Below are positions 48,256 to 57,576 of a stretch of 64,000 nt of DNA, in pieces. The stretch spans positions 1,077,805-1,141,804 of the forward strand of contig CAWCAG010000009.1 of the NCBI GenBank assembly GCA_963793425.1, given 5' to 3'. The translations under genes were made by a program, and so were the position numbers. The stretch comes from an uncultured cyanobacterium. GTDB lineage: Bacteria; Cyanobacteriota; Cyanobacteriia; Cyanobacteriales; CAWCAG01. Every line of letters starts with the position of its first letter. Within the stretch, counting starts at the first letter, position 1. The notes under the pieces are model-generated. The model made no database searches and was not told where the DNA came from. It saw only the letters and a program-made list of their open reading frames with translations.

Positions 48256-50706
48256 TCACTTAGCCATTGGTTTCATCTCCAAAGCTGCCTTCGGGTAAGC
48301 AATACGTTGGTGATTAAATTGCTGCCATACTCTCACAAACACCTTAGCAACTCTAGCTAATTCCTCTCTAGTCAAGCCAGAATCGGCTAACTGTCCATCT
48401 TGCCATCTTGCCCTCATAATTTTATTAACCACCATCAGCGCTGCATCAGGGGTAATATCTTTCAGGGAACGTAACGCCGCTTCGCAACCATCTGCTAACA
48501 TCATAATTCCTGTTTCTTTAGATTGCGGAATCGGGCCATTGTAGCGAAAATCTTCTTCTTTAACAGGACACCCTTCCTCTTGCTCCGCTCTTTGTCTAGC
48601 TTGGAAATAAAAATAGGAAATTAATAAAGTTCCTTGGTGTTCAGGGATAAAATCTCGAATAGCTTTCGGCAATCCGTGTTTTTTAGCCAGGACAATACCT
48701 TCAGAAACGTGCTTTTTGATAATAACGGCACTCTTCACCGGATCATTAATTTCATCATGCTTATTAGGGCCACCCATTTGATTTTCAATAAATCCTTGGG
48801 GGTCGTGCATTTTACCAATATCGTGATATAAGGTTCCTGCCCTAACCAGCTCTACATTACATTGCAATTCCCTTGTCCCTGCTTCAGCTAAAGAAGCCAC
48901 AAATAGGGTATGTTGAAACGTTCCTGGAGTTTCTGTAGCTAGACGCTTAAGCAAAGGGCGGTTGGGATTGGATAACTCAACCAGGCGAATCAAAGTAATT
49001 AAATCAAAAACCCGCTCTAGGTAAGGGGAAATTCCTAAAGCAATAATACTCCAAGCAACCCCAAAGAACCCGTAAAGAACTGAGTCTTGCAATACAGGAT
49101 ACCAGATAGTTCCGGCTGTGGCACTGCGGATGAGAATAATGATTAAGCAAACAAACCCTTGAGTTAAACCAACAGCACCTCCTAGGGCTGCCATTTCTTC
49201 ACGAGAGCGCATTCTTCCCGCTACTATCGCTGCAACTATACCTCCTGCAGCTCCTGCAAGTAAGTATTCCCAACTGATGACAGTACCATTAACCCCCATA
49301 ATACTAGAAGCAGAAGCCCCTGTAAGGAGGATAACTTGGGTAACACCTAAAGCAGGGTTATAAAAACTGCTGGTTAGCAAGCCAATAGCAGCCAAGTTGT
49401 TGTAACGAGGACTGAAAAAGATCAGGGTTAAGGGAGTAGTTAGACTTAATAAACAAATTAAAATACCATCGCGACTCCGCAATCTAATATTTGCTTTTTT
49501 TTGAACAAAGACAAAAATTCCTGTTGCCCCAGTCAAAACAACCGCACAACCGATCAATCCCATCCAGTTAGGGCTGCGACGGCTTAAGCCAAAATGATCT
49601 AAAAGAACGAAATCTTCTTGGGTAATTTCTTCCCCCTCTTCGACAATAACTTCTCCCTGACGCACTGGAAAAGGTTTAGATTTTATGTTAAGGACTGCCT
49701 GTTCTGCTTCACGTCTAGTTTGTTCCTCATCCTCAATTAGGTTAGGCTCTAGAGTGTTTATTAGTAGCTCTGTAGCTAAGGGGAGAGTTAAAACAGGAAC
49801 CAAGGGGTCAATTTGCTGGCTGACAGCACTGACAACTAGTTCCTCTGGTAGCCCTGGGGCAATACCTTGAGCAAGTATCCTCTCTGAGACGCGACGAATA
49901 CCACTTTTAGTTTCTCTCCAGGTTTGATCTCCTAACTCAATCAAAGTATCTTCATAGTCTGCAATCAGGTTAATTAACTCTGATTCTCTGTTTTCCAAGA
50001 TTTTTTCTTTACCCTGAGCATAATTTTTCCTTACTTGGGAAATTTTGACCAGTAACTCAGAAAATTCTGCACTAGAAACTTGCTGTTGATAATCTTTTAG
50101 TTCTCTAATACTTTGCCTTAAGGCGGGCTTTAAAACTTGATCTGAAGACCGTTTTGGGGCTGCTTCCCTAACGGCTACTAAGACACTTTGCCATTCCTCT
50201 TCTTTGCTGCTACCAAGGCGGCGTTGCATAGGCAAAGAGAGAATTTCTTCATCTATCAAAGTGAATGAGTCAGTTAGCTGTCTCATTTCATCAATGCTTC
50301 TGAAAGTATTCTCTAAGTCTTGATTAATTTTATTAGTGACTTCTTCATTGATTTTGAGAACAGGAACAACTCCAGTACGGGCGGCTTTACGTTCTTCTTG
50401 GGTGGTTTCTGGATCTTCTACTTGAGCATAAAAAGGAGCTGTGATAGTTTGAGGGGCAATTGTACCCACTGCCAATTCAGGTTGGTTATAGAAGCGTTGC
50501 CCGACTACTCCAGTAAGAGAGATTACTGTCACCACAAAAACTAACGGCCCTTCAGCGCTCAGTTTGCGTTTTTTAACAGAGCTAGATTGGGGCTGAGATA
50601 AAGAAACCTTTCTATTAGTAAATGCTGGCAACAAAAAAGGTACTTTGACTTGGTGTTTTTGTTGCCAATAATGAACTTTTTCTTTTATGGAATGAAATTT
50701 GCCCAT
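48256..50706 (-). CDS. 7TM-HD phosphohydrolase (PgpH-like c-di-AMP phosphodiesterase)
   Basis: Extracellular domain, 7 TM, PGTFQH, YHDIGK, EHQGT, LADGCEAA motifs. Confidence 0.88.
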   Translation of the reverse strand: MGKFHSIKEKVHYWQQKHQVKVPFLLPAFTNRKVSLSQPQSSSVKKRKLSAEGPLVFVVTVISLTGVVGQRFYNQPELAVGTIAPQTITAPFYAQVEDPETTQEERKAARTGVVPVLKINEEVTNKINQDLENTFRSIDEMRQLTDSFTLIDEEILSLPMQRRLGSSKEEEWQSVLVAVREAAPKRSSDQVLKPALRQSIRELKDYQQQVSSAEFSELLVKISQVRKNYAQGKEKILENRESELINLIADYEDTLIELGDQTWRETKSGIRRVSERILAQGIAPGLPEELVVSAVSQQIDPLVPVLTLPLATELLINTLEPNLIEDEEQTRREAEQAVLNIKSKPFPVRQGEVIVEEGEEITQEDFVLLDHFGLSRRSPNWMGLIGCAVVLTGATGIFVFVQKKANIRLRSRDGILICLLSLTTPLTLIFFSPRYNNLAAIGLLTSSFYNPALGVTQVILLTGASASSIMGVNGTVISWEYLLAGAAGGIVAAIVAGRMRSREEMAALGGAVGLTQGFVCLIIILIRSATAGTIWYPVLQDSVLYGFFGVAWSIIALGISPYLERVFDLITLIRLVELSNPNRPLLKRLATETPGTFQHTLFVASLAEAGTRELQCNVELVRAGTLYHDIGKMHDPQGFIENQMGGPNKHDEINDPVKSAVIIKKHVSEGIVLAKKHGLPKAIRDFIPEHQGTLLISYFYFQARQRAEQEEGCPVKEEDFRYNGPIPQSKETGIMMLADGCEAALRSLKDITPDAALMVVNKIMRARWQDGQLADSGLTREELARVAKVFVRVWQQFNHQRIAYPKAALEMKPMAK

Positions 50707-50825
50707 GGTAACGAATAAATATATTTCAAACTAAAGGATTAATTAACTCAAGTTCCGTTAGCTTGTATTTGTAGATTCAGTAATTAGCTCTGCCGCTCTA
50801 GCTTAAACAACTAAGCTGATTATTA

Positions 50826-51767
50826 CTATTCTTCTTGAGAGATAATCCGAAGTTGGGAACGAGATTGGAGGATTTTAGGAGAGGCTACTGCTGCTATGTT
50901 AAGTAATGGTTGATGGTTATTAGGTTGTTCCACTCCAGACCAAACAGCAAAAAGTTTGGTGGCAAGTAAAGCAATTTTTTGGCTTGTTTGATGTTTTTGA
51001 ACATTTGAACGCCATCTACAAGGAATACCATTAAAGCTGTTATAAGCTCCAGCTAAGGCTCCTGTCAAAGCTGCTGTTAGAAGAGGGTTGTAACCAGTTT
51101 GTACTGCCCTGATGACTCCTATGTGGAAGTCTTCTGGGGTCGTAAGAAAACAGTAAAAGGCTAAAGCTATAGGCGTATTGTTTTTTTGACCTTCGCGGCA
51201 TAAGTAAGTTGTTACTTGTTGCAAGGGTACACTTTGAGAGATGAAGATTTCAACCTCTTTTAGCTGCTTAATTAACGGTGTTTCAATTCCTCTACAATAA
51301 CTAATAATTTGGGGAATTAAATTAATGGGGTTGAGCTTTTCTTTAAGGGCAAGATTAAGACTATAGCCCCAAATGCTGATATCTAGGAGATCACAGCTTT
51401 CTTGACCCCAAAGTTTTGCCGCTTCAGTGAGATTTTTGCTCTGTAAACTATTGATTTCATGAAAAAACAAGGCTATTGGTAAGGTTGCAACAGCTAACTC
51501 AGCAGTACTAGCCGTATTTTTTGACTTGAGTAGGGAAGGCTCTGTAAGACTAATTTGGTCTAGCCAATTCTGATTGTCTAATCCCCCTAAATTGACTAAG
51601 CTTTCTAAAGCGCAGATGCTCACTCCGCTCCATCCTGCGGCATTTTCCTGCTGGGATTTTAGCCAATCTTCCCCTAATGGATTATTTATGTAATTTCTAC
51701 CTAGGCTTTCTCCTAAATAGCTACCTAATAAACCTCCTTTAAATCTGCTTAAAAGTGAGTGTTGCAT
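50826..51767 (-). CDS. ADP-ribosylglycohydrolase-fold protein (degenerate)
   Basis: RFKGGLLG..LG, ALAFYCF, AALTGALAGA.....IP..W; the usual acidic metal-binding residues are not evident. Confidence 0.72.
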   Translation of the reverse strand: MQHSLLSRFKGGLLGSYLGESLGRNYINNPLGEDWLKSQQENAAGWSGVSICALESLVNLGGLDNQNWLDQISLTEPSLLKSKNTASTAELAVATLPIALFFHEINSLQSKNLTEAAKLWGQESCDLLDISIWGYSLNLALKEKLNPINLIPQIISYCRGIETPLIKQLKEVEIFISQSVPLQQVTTYLCREGQKNNTPIALAFYCFLTTPEDFHIGVIRAVQTGYNPLLTAALTGALAGAYNSFNGIPCRWRSNVQKHQTSQKIALLATKLFAVWSGVEQPNNHQPLLNIAAVASPKILQSRSQLRIISQEE

Positions 51768-51858
51768 TAGATACTTAAATACTCGGCGAGAAGCATAGTC
51801 AGGAATTACTTTAATTTTATCTTAATTATTTTCTGCTAACAGTTAAATATATTTTTCT

Positions 51859-52329
51859 TCACTGCCTAAGATAACTAACTAAGGCCCTTAAACCTAAGTA
51901 ATAGCTGTTGGCTCCGAAACCGCTGATTTGACCTATGGCGACAGAAGAGATAAAAGAATGATGACGGAAGGCTTCGCGTTGATAAATGTTACTCAGATGT
52001 ACTTCTACTGTGGGAATTTTCACCCCAGATAAAGCATCACGAATGGCAACACTAGTATGGGTGTAAGCACCAGCATTAATCAAAATTCCCTGCTGCTTTT
52101 CCACAGCTTGATGAATGGCATCAACTAAAACGCCTTCATGATTAGATTGCAAACTGGAAACTTGAGCTTGTAAATTTTTTCCTTCTTCTTTTAAGAGAAG
52201 GTCAATTTGCTCTAAAGTCACAGCACCATAAATATCAGGTTCCCTTTGCCCTAGAAGGTTCAAATTAGGGCCGTGTAGAACCAAAATATTTATCTGACGC
52301 AAAGCCTCAAAGTTAATTTCACCGGACAT
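51859..52329 (-). CDS. aroQ: Type II 3-dehydroquinate dehydratase
   Basis: [32 protein letters not shown] at 52329 overlaps the upstream stop (TAATG). Confidence 0.95.
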   Translation of the reverse strand: MSGEINFEALRQINILVLHGPNLNLLGQREPDIYGAVTLEQIDLLLKEEGKNLQAQVSSLQSNHEGVLVDAIHQAVEKQQGILINAGAYTHTSVAIRDALSGVKIPTVEVHLSNIYQREAFRHHSFISSVAIGQISGFGANSYYLGLRALVSYLRQ

Positions 52330-52475
52330 TAGCGCTGTCGCCAACGCTGTTGCGGTTCATCAACAGGAATAGGTATAGGTTCTGCTTCTGGTTGAGGTTC
52401 CGGTCCAAGAAGAGTTTCAATGAGTTCACGCGCCCATTCTTTTAGCTTTTCTAACACCTTCTCGATATAGTCCAT
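52329..52475 (-). CDS. 48-aa small protein (below the ORF-track cutoff)
   Basis: [53 protein letters not shown] upstream; stop overlaps the aroQ start. Confidence 0.75.
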   Translation of the reverse strand: MDYIEKVLEKLKEWARELIETLLGPEPQPEAEPIPIPVDEPQQRWRQR

Positions 52476-52503
52476 TTTTATGAAGACTGCTCCTGCGAGA
52501 CAA

Positions 52504-52519
52504 TGTATTTAATATTACA
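52504..52519. promoter_or_regulatory. NtcA-type box
   Basis: TGTA-TTTAATAT-TACA, an exact GTA-N8-TAC match about 30 nt upstream of the small ORF. Confidence 0.5.
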
Positions 52520-52833
52520 CAATTACAAGCTGTAACTCTCGATAATCATTTTCCAAAGGAAAGATGTAATTTTAAAAGTTAGCTTGCCAAATAACTGAAA
52601 CAACAAGTTTAAAATTTTTGTCTAGTCCAGTTATATTAAGATTAACACAGCCTTCTAGTAAGAGCGCATCCTGCTAAAGTACCCTGTCAATGATCAATGA
52701 TCAATGATGCCTAACGGCAACGGCAAGCCGAACAGTTATCAATGATGCCTAACGGCAACAGCAAGCCGAACAATGACTAATACTGCCTGCTCCCTACTCC
52801 CTACTCCCTACCCTCACCGATAACTTATGCTAT

Positions 52834-54090
52834 TTAAACAGGATTTGGTGTTAGTTTTCTTCTTAGTATGTCTAGGGCTTGGCAGGCGCTGAAATATCTG
52901 ATGGTGTCTCTGGTTTTTTCTGGGGCGAAATGGTGGGGGAAACTTTCTACTTCTCCATTAGGTTGGGCGATCGCAATATAAACTAATCCAACTGGTTTAT
53001 CTTTTGTACTGCCTCCAGGACCTGCTATACCTGTGATACTTAAACTCCAATGGGTATTGAATTGCTTTTTAACCCCCAAGGCCATTTGTTGGGCGACTAC
53101 AGCGCTAACAGCCCCGAACTGTTCTAGGTCAGATTTCTTTACCCTTAAAAGAGATTCTTTAATTTGGTTATCATAGGCAATAACTCCCCCTCGGAAGTAA
53201 TTAGAGCTACCCGCTACAGAGGTGAACATTGCCCCCAAACCTCCTCCCGTACAAGATTCTGCCACGCTAATAGTCTGCTGATTTTTCTGTAAAAGTTCTC
53301 CTACCACTGAAGCAAGGGTATCTTCATCAGCCCCAAAATAATCTAGTCCGGCAATTTCTTTAATTTTGGCTTCTACTGGGGCGATCGCAGCCACAGCAGC
53401 AGTTTGGGATTTAGCTTTAGTGGAGATACGCAATTTTACTTCCCCACCAGAAGCATAGGGGGCAACGGTAGGATCTTTTAAGGAAAAGAAGTCAGCAACT
53501 TTGGTAGCTAAGGCAGATTCTCCTATACCTCGAAACTTAAGTGAGCGGCTATAAATAATTTCTTGCCCCCAACCTTGACTCTTGAGGTAGGGTACGGCGG
53601 TTTCTTGCCACATCCGTTTCATTTCTGAAGGAACCCCAGGAAAGGTGAAAAGGGTTAAATTGGCTTCCGGTTGCCAAATGATGCCTGGTGCAGTTCCTGT
53701 GGGGTTGGATAAGATGGTAGCCCCTTTGGGTAATAAAGCTTGTTTACGGTTGTTAGGAGTCATCTCCCTGCCCCTTTGGGCAAACTTGGCGGTAATGTCC
53801 TCAACAATTTCTGGCTTTTCTACTAAAGGAGTCTTAAAAAACCCAGCAATAGTTTCTGTGGTTAAATCATCAGGAGTTGGCCCCAACCCTCCAGTGAAAA
53901 TTAAAATGGAGGCACGCTGGCTAGCAACGGCGATCGCAGCTTGGAGACGTTGAGGATTATCTCCTACCACAGTTTGGTTGTAATGAGGTATGCCTAAACT
54001 AGCTAGCTGTTGGGCTAAATACTGGGAGTTGGTGTTGACAATGTCTCCTAGCAATAGTTCAGTGCCAACACAAATTATTTCTGCGTTCAT
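52834..54090 (-). CDS. cinA: Competence/damage-inducible protein CinA (with NMN deamidase PncC domain)
   Basis: GTELLLG, GGLGPT.DD.T, AESCTGG, SITGIAGP motifs. Confidence 0.95.
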   Translation of the reverse strand: MNAEIICVGTELLLGDIVNTNSQYLAQQLASLGIPHYNQTVVGDNPQRLQAAIAVASQRASILIFTGGLGPTPDDLTTETIAGFFKTPLVEKPEIVEDITAKFAQRGREMTPNNRKQALLPKGATILSNPTGTAPGIIWQPEANLTLFTFPGVPSEMKRMWQETAVPYLKSQGWGQEIIYSRSLKFRGIGESALATKVADFFSLKDPTVAPYASGGEVKLRISTKAKSQTAAVAAIAPVEAKIKEIAGLDYFGADEDTLASVVGELLQKNQQTISVAESCTGGGLGAMFTSVAGSSNYFRGGVIAYDNQIKESLLRVKKSDLEQFGAVSAVVAQQMALGVKKQFNTHWSLSITGIAGPGGSTKDKPVGLVYIAIAQPNGEVESFPHHFAPEKTRDTIRYFSACQALDILRRKLTPNPV

Positions 54091-54139
54091 GGGGTCAAAT
54101 AACTGGGGAAATTGGTATTAGATCATACCTTAAGTTCCT

Positions 54140-54907
54140 CTATTCTATAGACCAGGAAGTTTCGTAGGGACTTTCTGGTAAAGGAATTTTCTTGAGACTA
54201 TTAGCGGCGATCGCAATTTGACGAGTTTGATTAAATTCTGCGGTGATTATTTCCCCTTCCACCTCTATCCAAGTATTAGGGGGATAATCTTCCCGACGAT
54301 TAGTTCCCAAATTTACAGGTAAAGCAATAGGATAGGTATCAGCAACCCCTGAAGTCATTACTAAACGGGCAAGTAAGATATATTCCTCGTCTAACTGCGG
54401 GGAATGCACCACAAACCCTTCAACCCGAACTTCCTCCCCTGCATAAATATCTGGTTCAGGATTTTGATTTAATATTTCTTGCCAGTCCATAATTGAACGC
54501 TCTACGGGCTTTTTCCCCACATATCCTGAAGGGGGTTGAGAAGGAGTAAGAGTTAAATAGGCTTCTACGCCTTGATTCAGGGCTGTTTCACTGCCCAAGA
54601 TTTGAGGTACAATCCACAAACTTGCGATCGCTCCTACTAAGAAAAAAATACTGCTTAACTGAGCCGGAATCAAACTAACTTGCCTTAGTTGCTCATGCTC
54701 TTCTACCCTTTTACCCAAGCGACTCTGCACCAACCAAACAACTATTTTCAATAGAGGGATTCCGATCAGAAAAAGTCCGCAAATAACTAGGGGTAAAACA
54801 TAATCAGGATGAATTAAATTAGTTATTTGCCCCGTCAGCCAAGACTTAAGTATCAAACTTCCCCAAGTTAGAAAAACTAATATATCTAAAATATTTGATA
54901 ATCCCAT
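54140..54907 (-). CDS. TIGR03943/DUF1980-like membrane protein
   Basis: IHPDY, three TMs, Y.GE.V.VEGFV, W.EVEG, P.P..PY motifs. Confidence 0.75.
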   Translation of the reverse strand: MGLSNILDILVFLTWGSLILKSWLTGQITNLIHPDYVLPLVICGLFLIGIPLLKIVVWLVQSRLGKRVEEHEQLRQVSLIPAQLSSIFFLVGAIASLWIVPQILGSETALNQGVEAYLTLTPSQPPSGYVGKKPVERSIMDWQEILNQNPEPDIYAGEEVRVEGFVVHSPQLDEEYILLARLVMTSGVADTYPIALPVNLGTNRREDYPPNTWIEVEGEIITAEFNQTRQIAIAANSLKKIPLPESPYETSWSIE

Positions 54908-55480
54908 CTAAAACAGCTATAAAGAGCAAAAAAATATTATACTATTTAGCCTGTTTAAGTTTATTATCTGGCAAAATGCAAACCTGGATAGTAAAAAAAC
55001 TCAGTAGATGTACCCTATGACATGGAATTACAAGTTAAATACCGTTATTGACTTTGAGTGGCGTTTGCACCAAAAAGCTCAAGCACTCGCCGAAAAAGAT
55101 ACTTTTGCTTAGTTAAGGAGTTATGGGGGTAGAGCAGTTATTAATTGGAAAAACCAATTTACTCCCTCTGGTCGTTGACAACTCTAACAACATTTTTTGA
55201 AATATGTCAACTCGTCATAAATTATTGTAGTTGTCAAAGCTAAATAAAATTTTTGTTGCAAGTGTAATTACTAGTTATTAACAGTGAAAAAGCTTTATGC
55301 CAATGGTAATTACTGATGCAAAAAGTAATCAATGTAGTAATTTATATTTTTAGCTGGTTAATAGGTGACAAAAACTATAGAAAAAAATCTTTCTACAAAA
55401 TTTGCCAGTAATTGTACATCACATATCTGTAGTAAGTTCTTATATGCTAGAACACATATTTTTCGTGAGGAGACGGATGG

Positions 55481-56302
55481 ATGAGTTTGCATAAAGGAGC
55501 ATTGGAAATATTAAAAGCAACCAGTAGAACTTTTTATATACCAATTAGCCGTTTACCACTGCCCCTACAAAAAGCTGTTGCTTCAGCATACCTTTGTATG
55601 CGAGCTATTGATGAAATTGAAGACCATCCTGGACTAAATAATGCTCTTAAAGCTAAGCTATTACGTACCATCAGCCTAAACTTACAAGGAGCAGTAGAAG
55701 ATTCTCAACAAGAAGATTTCTCTGTTGGTTTACTTGATGAGCAAAATCAATTAGAAGAAGTTACCCTCAGAATAGGGGAGTGGGTTCTTTTAGCCCCAGA
55801 AACCATCGCACCTCGCATTTGGGAAGCTACAGCAACCATGGCAGATAGGATGGCCTATTGGGCTGATTGTAATTGGCAAATTAATACGAAAGCTGATCTA
55901 GACCGCTATACCTTTAGCGTAGCAGGTTCTGTCGGGCTGCTCCTTAGTGACCTTTGGGCTTGGTATGATGGCACTCAAACCAATCGCCTGCAAAGCGTTG
56001 GCTTTGGCAGAGGCTTACAAGCTGTTAATATTTTGCGTAACCACAGCGAAGATATTAAACGTGGCGTAGACTTCTTTCCCGAAGGATGGGAAACTCAGCA
56101 AATACACCAATATGCCCGTCACAATTTGGCCCTAGCAGATGCCTATACTAATGCTTTACCTGCGGGTCCGGCTTGGGATTTTTGTAAAATTCCCCTAACC
56201 TTAGCCCATGGTACTCTTAGTGCCTTAGCGGTTGGTAAAGAGAAACTAAGTAGACGTGATGTGATGTCTTTGATTGAAAAAGTGATGACTGTCAGCAAAT
56301 AG
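55481..56302 (+). CDS. Squalene/phytoene synthase-family protein (squalene synthase type)
   Basis: TSRTF, MRAIDEIED, YTFSVAG.VG, GLQAVNILRN motifs. Confidence 0.87.
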   Translation: MSLHKGALEILKATSRTFYIPISRLPLPLQKAVASAYLCMRAIDEIEDHPGLNNALKAKLLRTISLNLQGAVEDSQQEDFSVGLLDEQNQLEEVTLRIGEWVLLAPETIAPRIWEATATMADRMAYWADCNWQINTKADLDRYTFSVAGSVGLLLSDLWAWYDGTQTNRLQSVGFGRGLQAVNILRNHSEDIKRGVDFFPEGWETQQIHQYARHNLALADAYTNALPAGPAWDFCKIPLTLAHGTLSALAVGKEKLSRRDVMSLIEKVMTVSK

Positions 56303-56367
56303 CCAAACTAAAACAAAATGATCAATGATCATTAATCATTAATCATTGATCATTGATAACTAAAATT

Positions 56368-56865
56368 ATGTTTAAGCCAGAGCCTATTAAACCACAACCA
56401 GGACAAGAATCAGTGTGGGATTATCCTCGTCCTGCGACTTTAGAAGATACCCACAAACAGATTAAAGTGATTTTTAATGATTTAGTTCTGGCCGAAACCC
56501 AAAGAGGGAAAAGAGTCTTAGAAACAAGTCATCCTCCCGTTTACTACATTCCCCCAGAAGATATTCAACAAGAATATCTGCAAGAAACTCCCCGCAAAAC
56601 TTGGTGCGAGTGGAAAGGTTACTGCCGCTACTACCATGTTTCCGTCGGCAAAAAGCACAGCCAATATGCTGCTTGGAGTTATTTTGAACCTACCCCTAAC
56701 TTCGTTTCTATTCAAGGCTATTTCGGCTTTTACGCTCATCTTATGGATGCTTGCTATGTGGAAGGAGAGTTGGTAAAACCTCAACCAGGAAACTTTTATG
56801 GGGGCTGGATCACTAATGATATTGTTGGCCCTTTTAAAGGGAAACCAGGGACAATGGGATGGTAA
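56368..56865 (+). CDS. DUF427 domain protein
   Basis: ESVWDYPRP, ETSHPPVYY, CEWKG, AAWSY, FYGGW motifs. Confidence 0.88.
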   Translation: MFKPEPIKPQPGQESVWDYPRPATLEDTHKQIKVIFNDLVLAETQRGKRVLETSHPPVYYIPPEDIQQEYLQETPRKTWCEWKGYCRYYHVSVGKKHSQYAAWSYFEPTPNFVSIQGYFGFYAHLMDACYVEGELVKPQPGNFYGGWITNDIVGPFKGKPGTMGW

Positions 56866-56916
56866 TTAAGCAATAAGATAAGCTAGAAGAAATTTAGCAT
56901 GAAAAACTAAATCAAT

Positions 56917-57438
56917 ATGTTCAAGCAACTTCTAACTGGCACGGCAACTTTTGCTTTTTTGACTGTAGGTAGTCTGCCCAGTTTTGCCCAAACTCCCGAA
57001 ATTATTGCCCAAACTCAGCTTAAGCAAGTATCTGAAGGAGAGGTTAGTCCTCAAGAAGTACAGCAGTTTTCTAGCGCTATCGTTAAGTTACAACTAATTC
57101 AAAGAGAATCTCAAGGTGCAATAGTTAGTGCTATTGAACAGGAGGGTTTTACTCCAGAACGCTTTGTACAAATTATACGCTCTGAGCAAGAACAAAAACC
57201 CCTTAATCCAGAATTAACCAACGAAGAAAGACAAAATTTGTCTGAAGCGCTAACCCAAATTCAAGCAATTCAGCAAAAGATTCAGGAGTTGGAAGTACAA
57301 GCTGTCCAAGAAGAAGGTTTAGGAGTGGAACGTTTTGAGGAACTTATAGAAGTGATTGAAGGAAGTTCTGAGTTACAGACTAAAGTCAGACAGGAAATTA
57401 AGAGAATTGTAGAAAGTTTTTCTCCCCCAGCAGAGTAG
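56917..57438 (+). CDS. Secreted DUF4168-like protein
   Basis: Signal peptide; two repeats of AI/V..EG...ERF. Confidence 0.75.
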   Translation: MFKQLLTGTATFAFLTVGSLPSFAQTPEIIAQTQLKQVSEGEVSPQEVQQFSSAIVKLQLIQRESQGAIVSAIEQEGFTPERFVQIIRSEQEQKPLNPELTNEERQNLSEALTQIQAIQQKIQELEVQAVQEEGLGVERFEELIEVIEGSSELQTKVRQEIKRIVESFSPPAE

Positions 57439-57443
57439 CTTGG

Positions 57444-57504
57444 TTAGGGCGGGTTTATTGAGTTAAGGTTTGATCCCATAATTTAACTTCAAACCCGCCC
57501 CTAC
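57444..57504. repeat. REP-like inverted repeat (REPIN-like doublet)
   Basis: TAGGGCGGGTTT ... AAACCCGCCCCTAC with an inner imperfect stem. Confidence 0.65.
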
Positions 57505-57576
57505 GGTTGTTTTGTTTTGGTGTCTCATGCCAGTAGAACTATTCGTTACTTATTACTTATTACTTATTACTTAAAA

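Noticed and set aside
52687..52810. Two near-identical 26-nt units separated by a short spacer, superficially CRISPR-like
   Set aside because: Only two units, the spacer is about 12 nt of heptamer repeat, there are no cas genes, and the same unit is dispersed elsewhere in the window.
55008..55112. 34-codon ORF MYPMTWNYKLNTVIDFEWRLHQKAQALAEKDTFA
   Set aside because: No clear RBS or recognisable motif; cannot be supported without a homology search.
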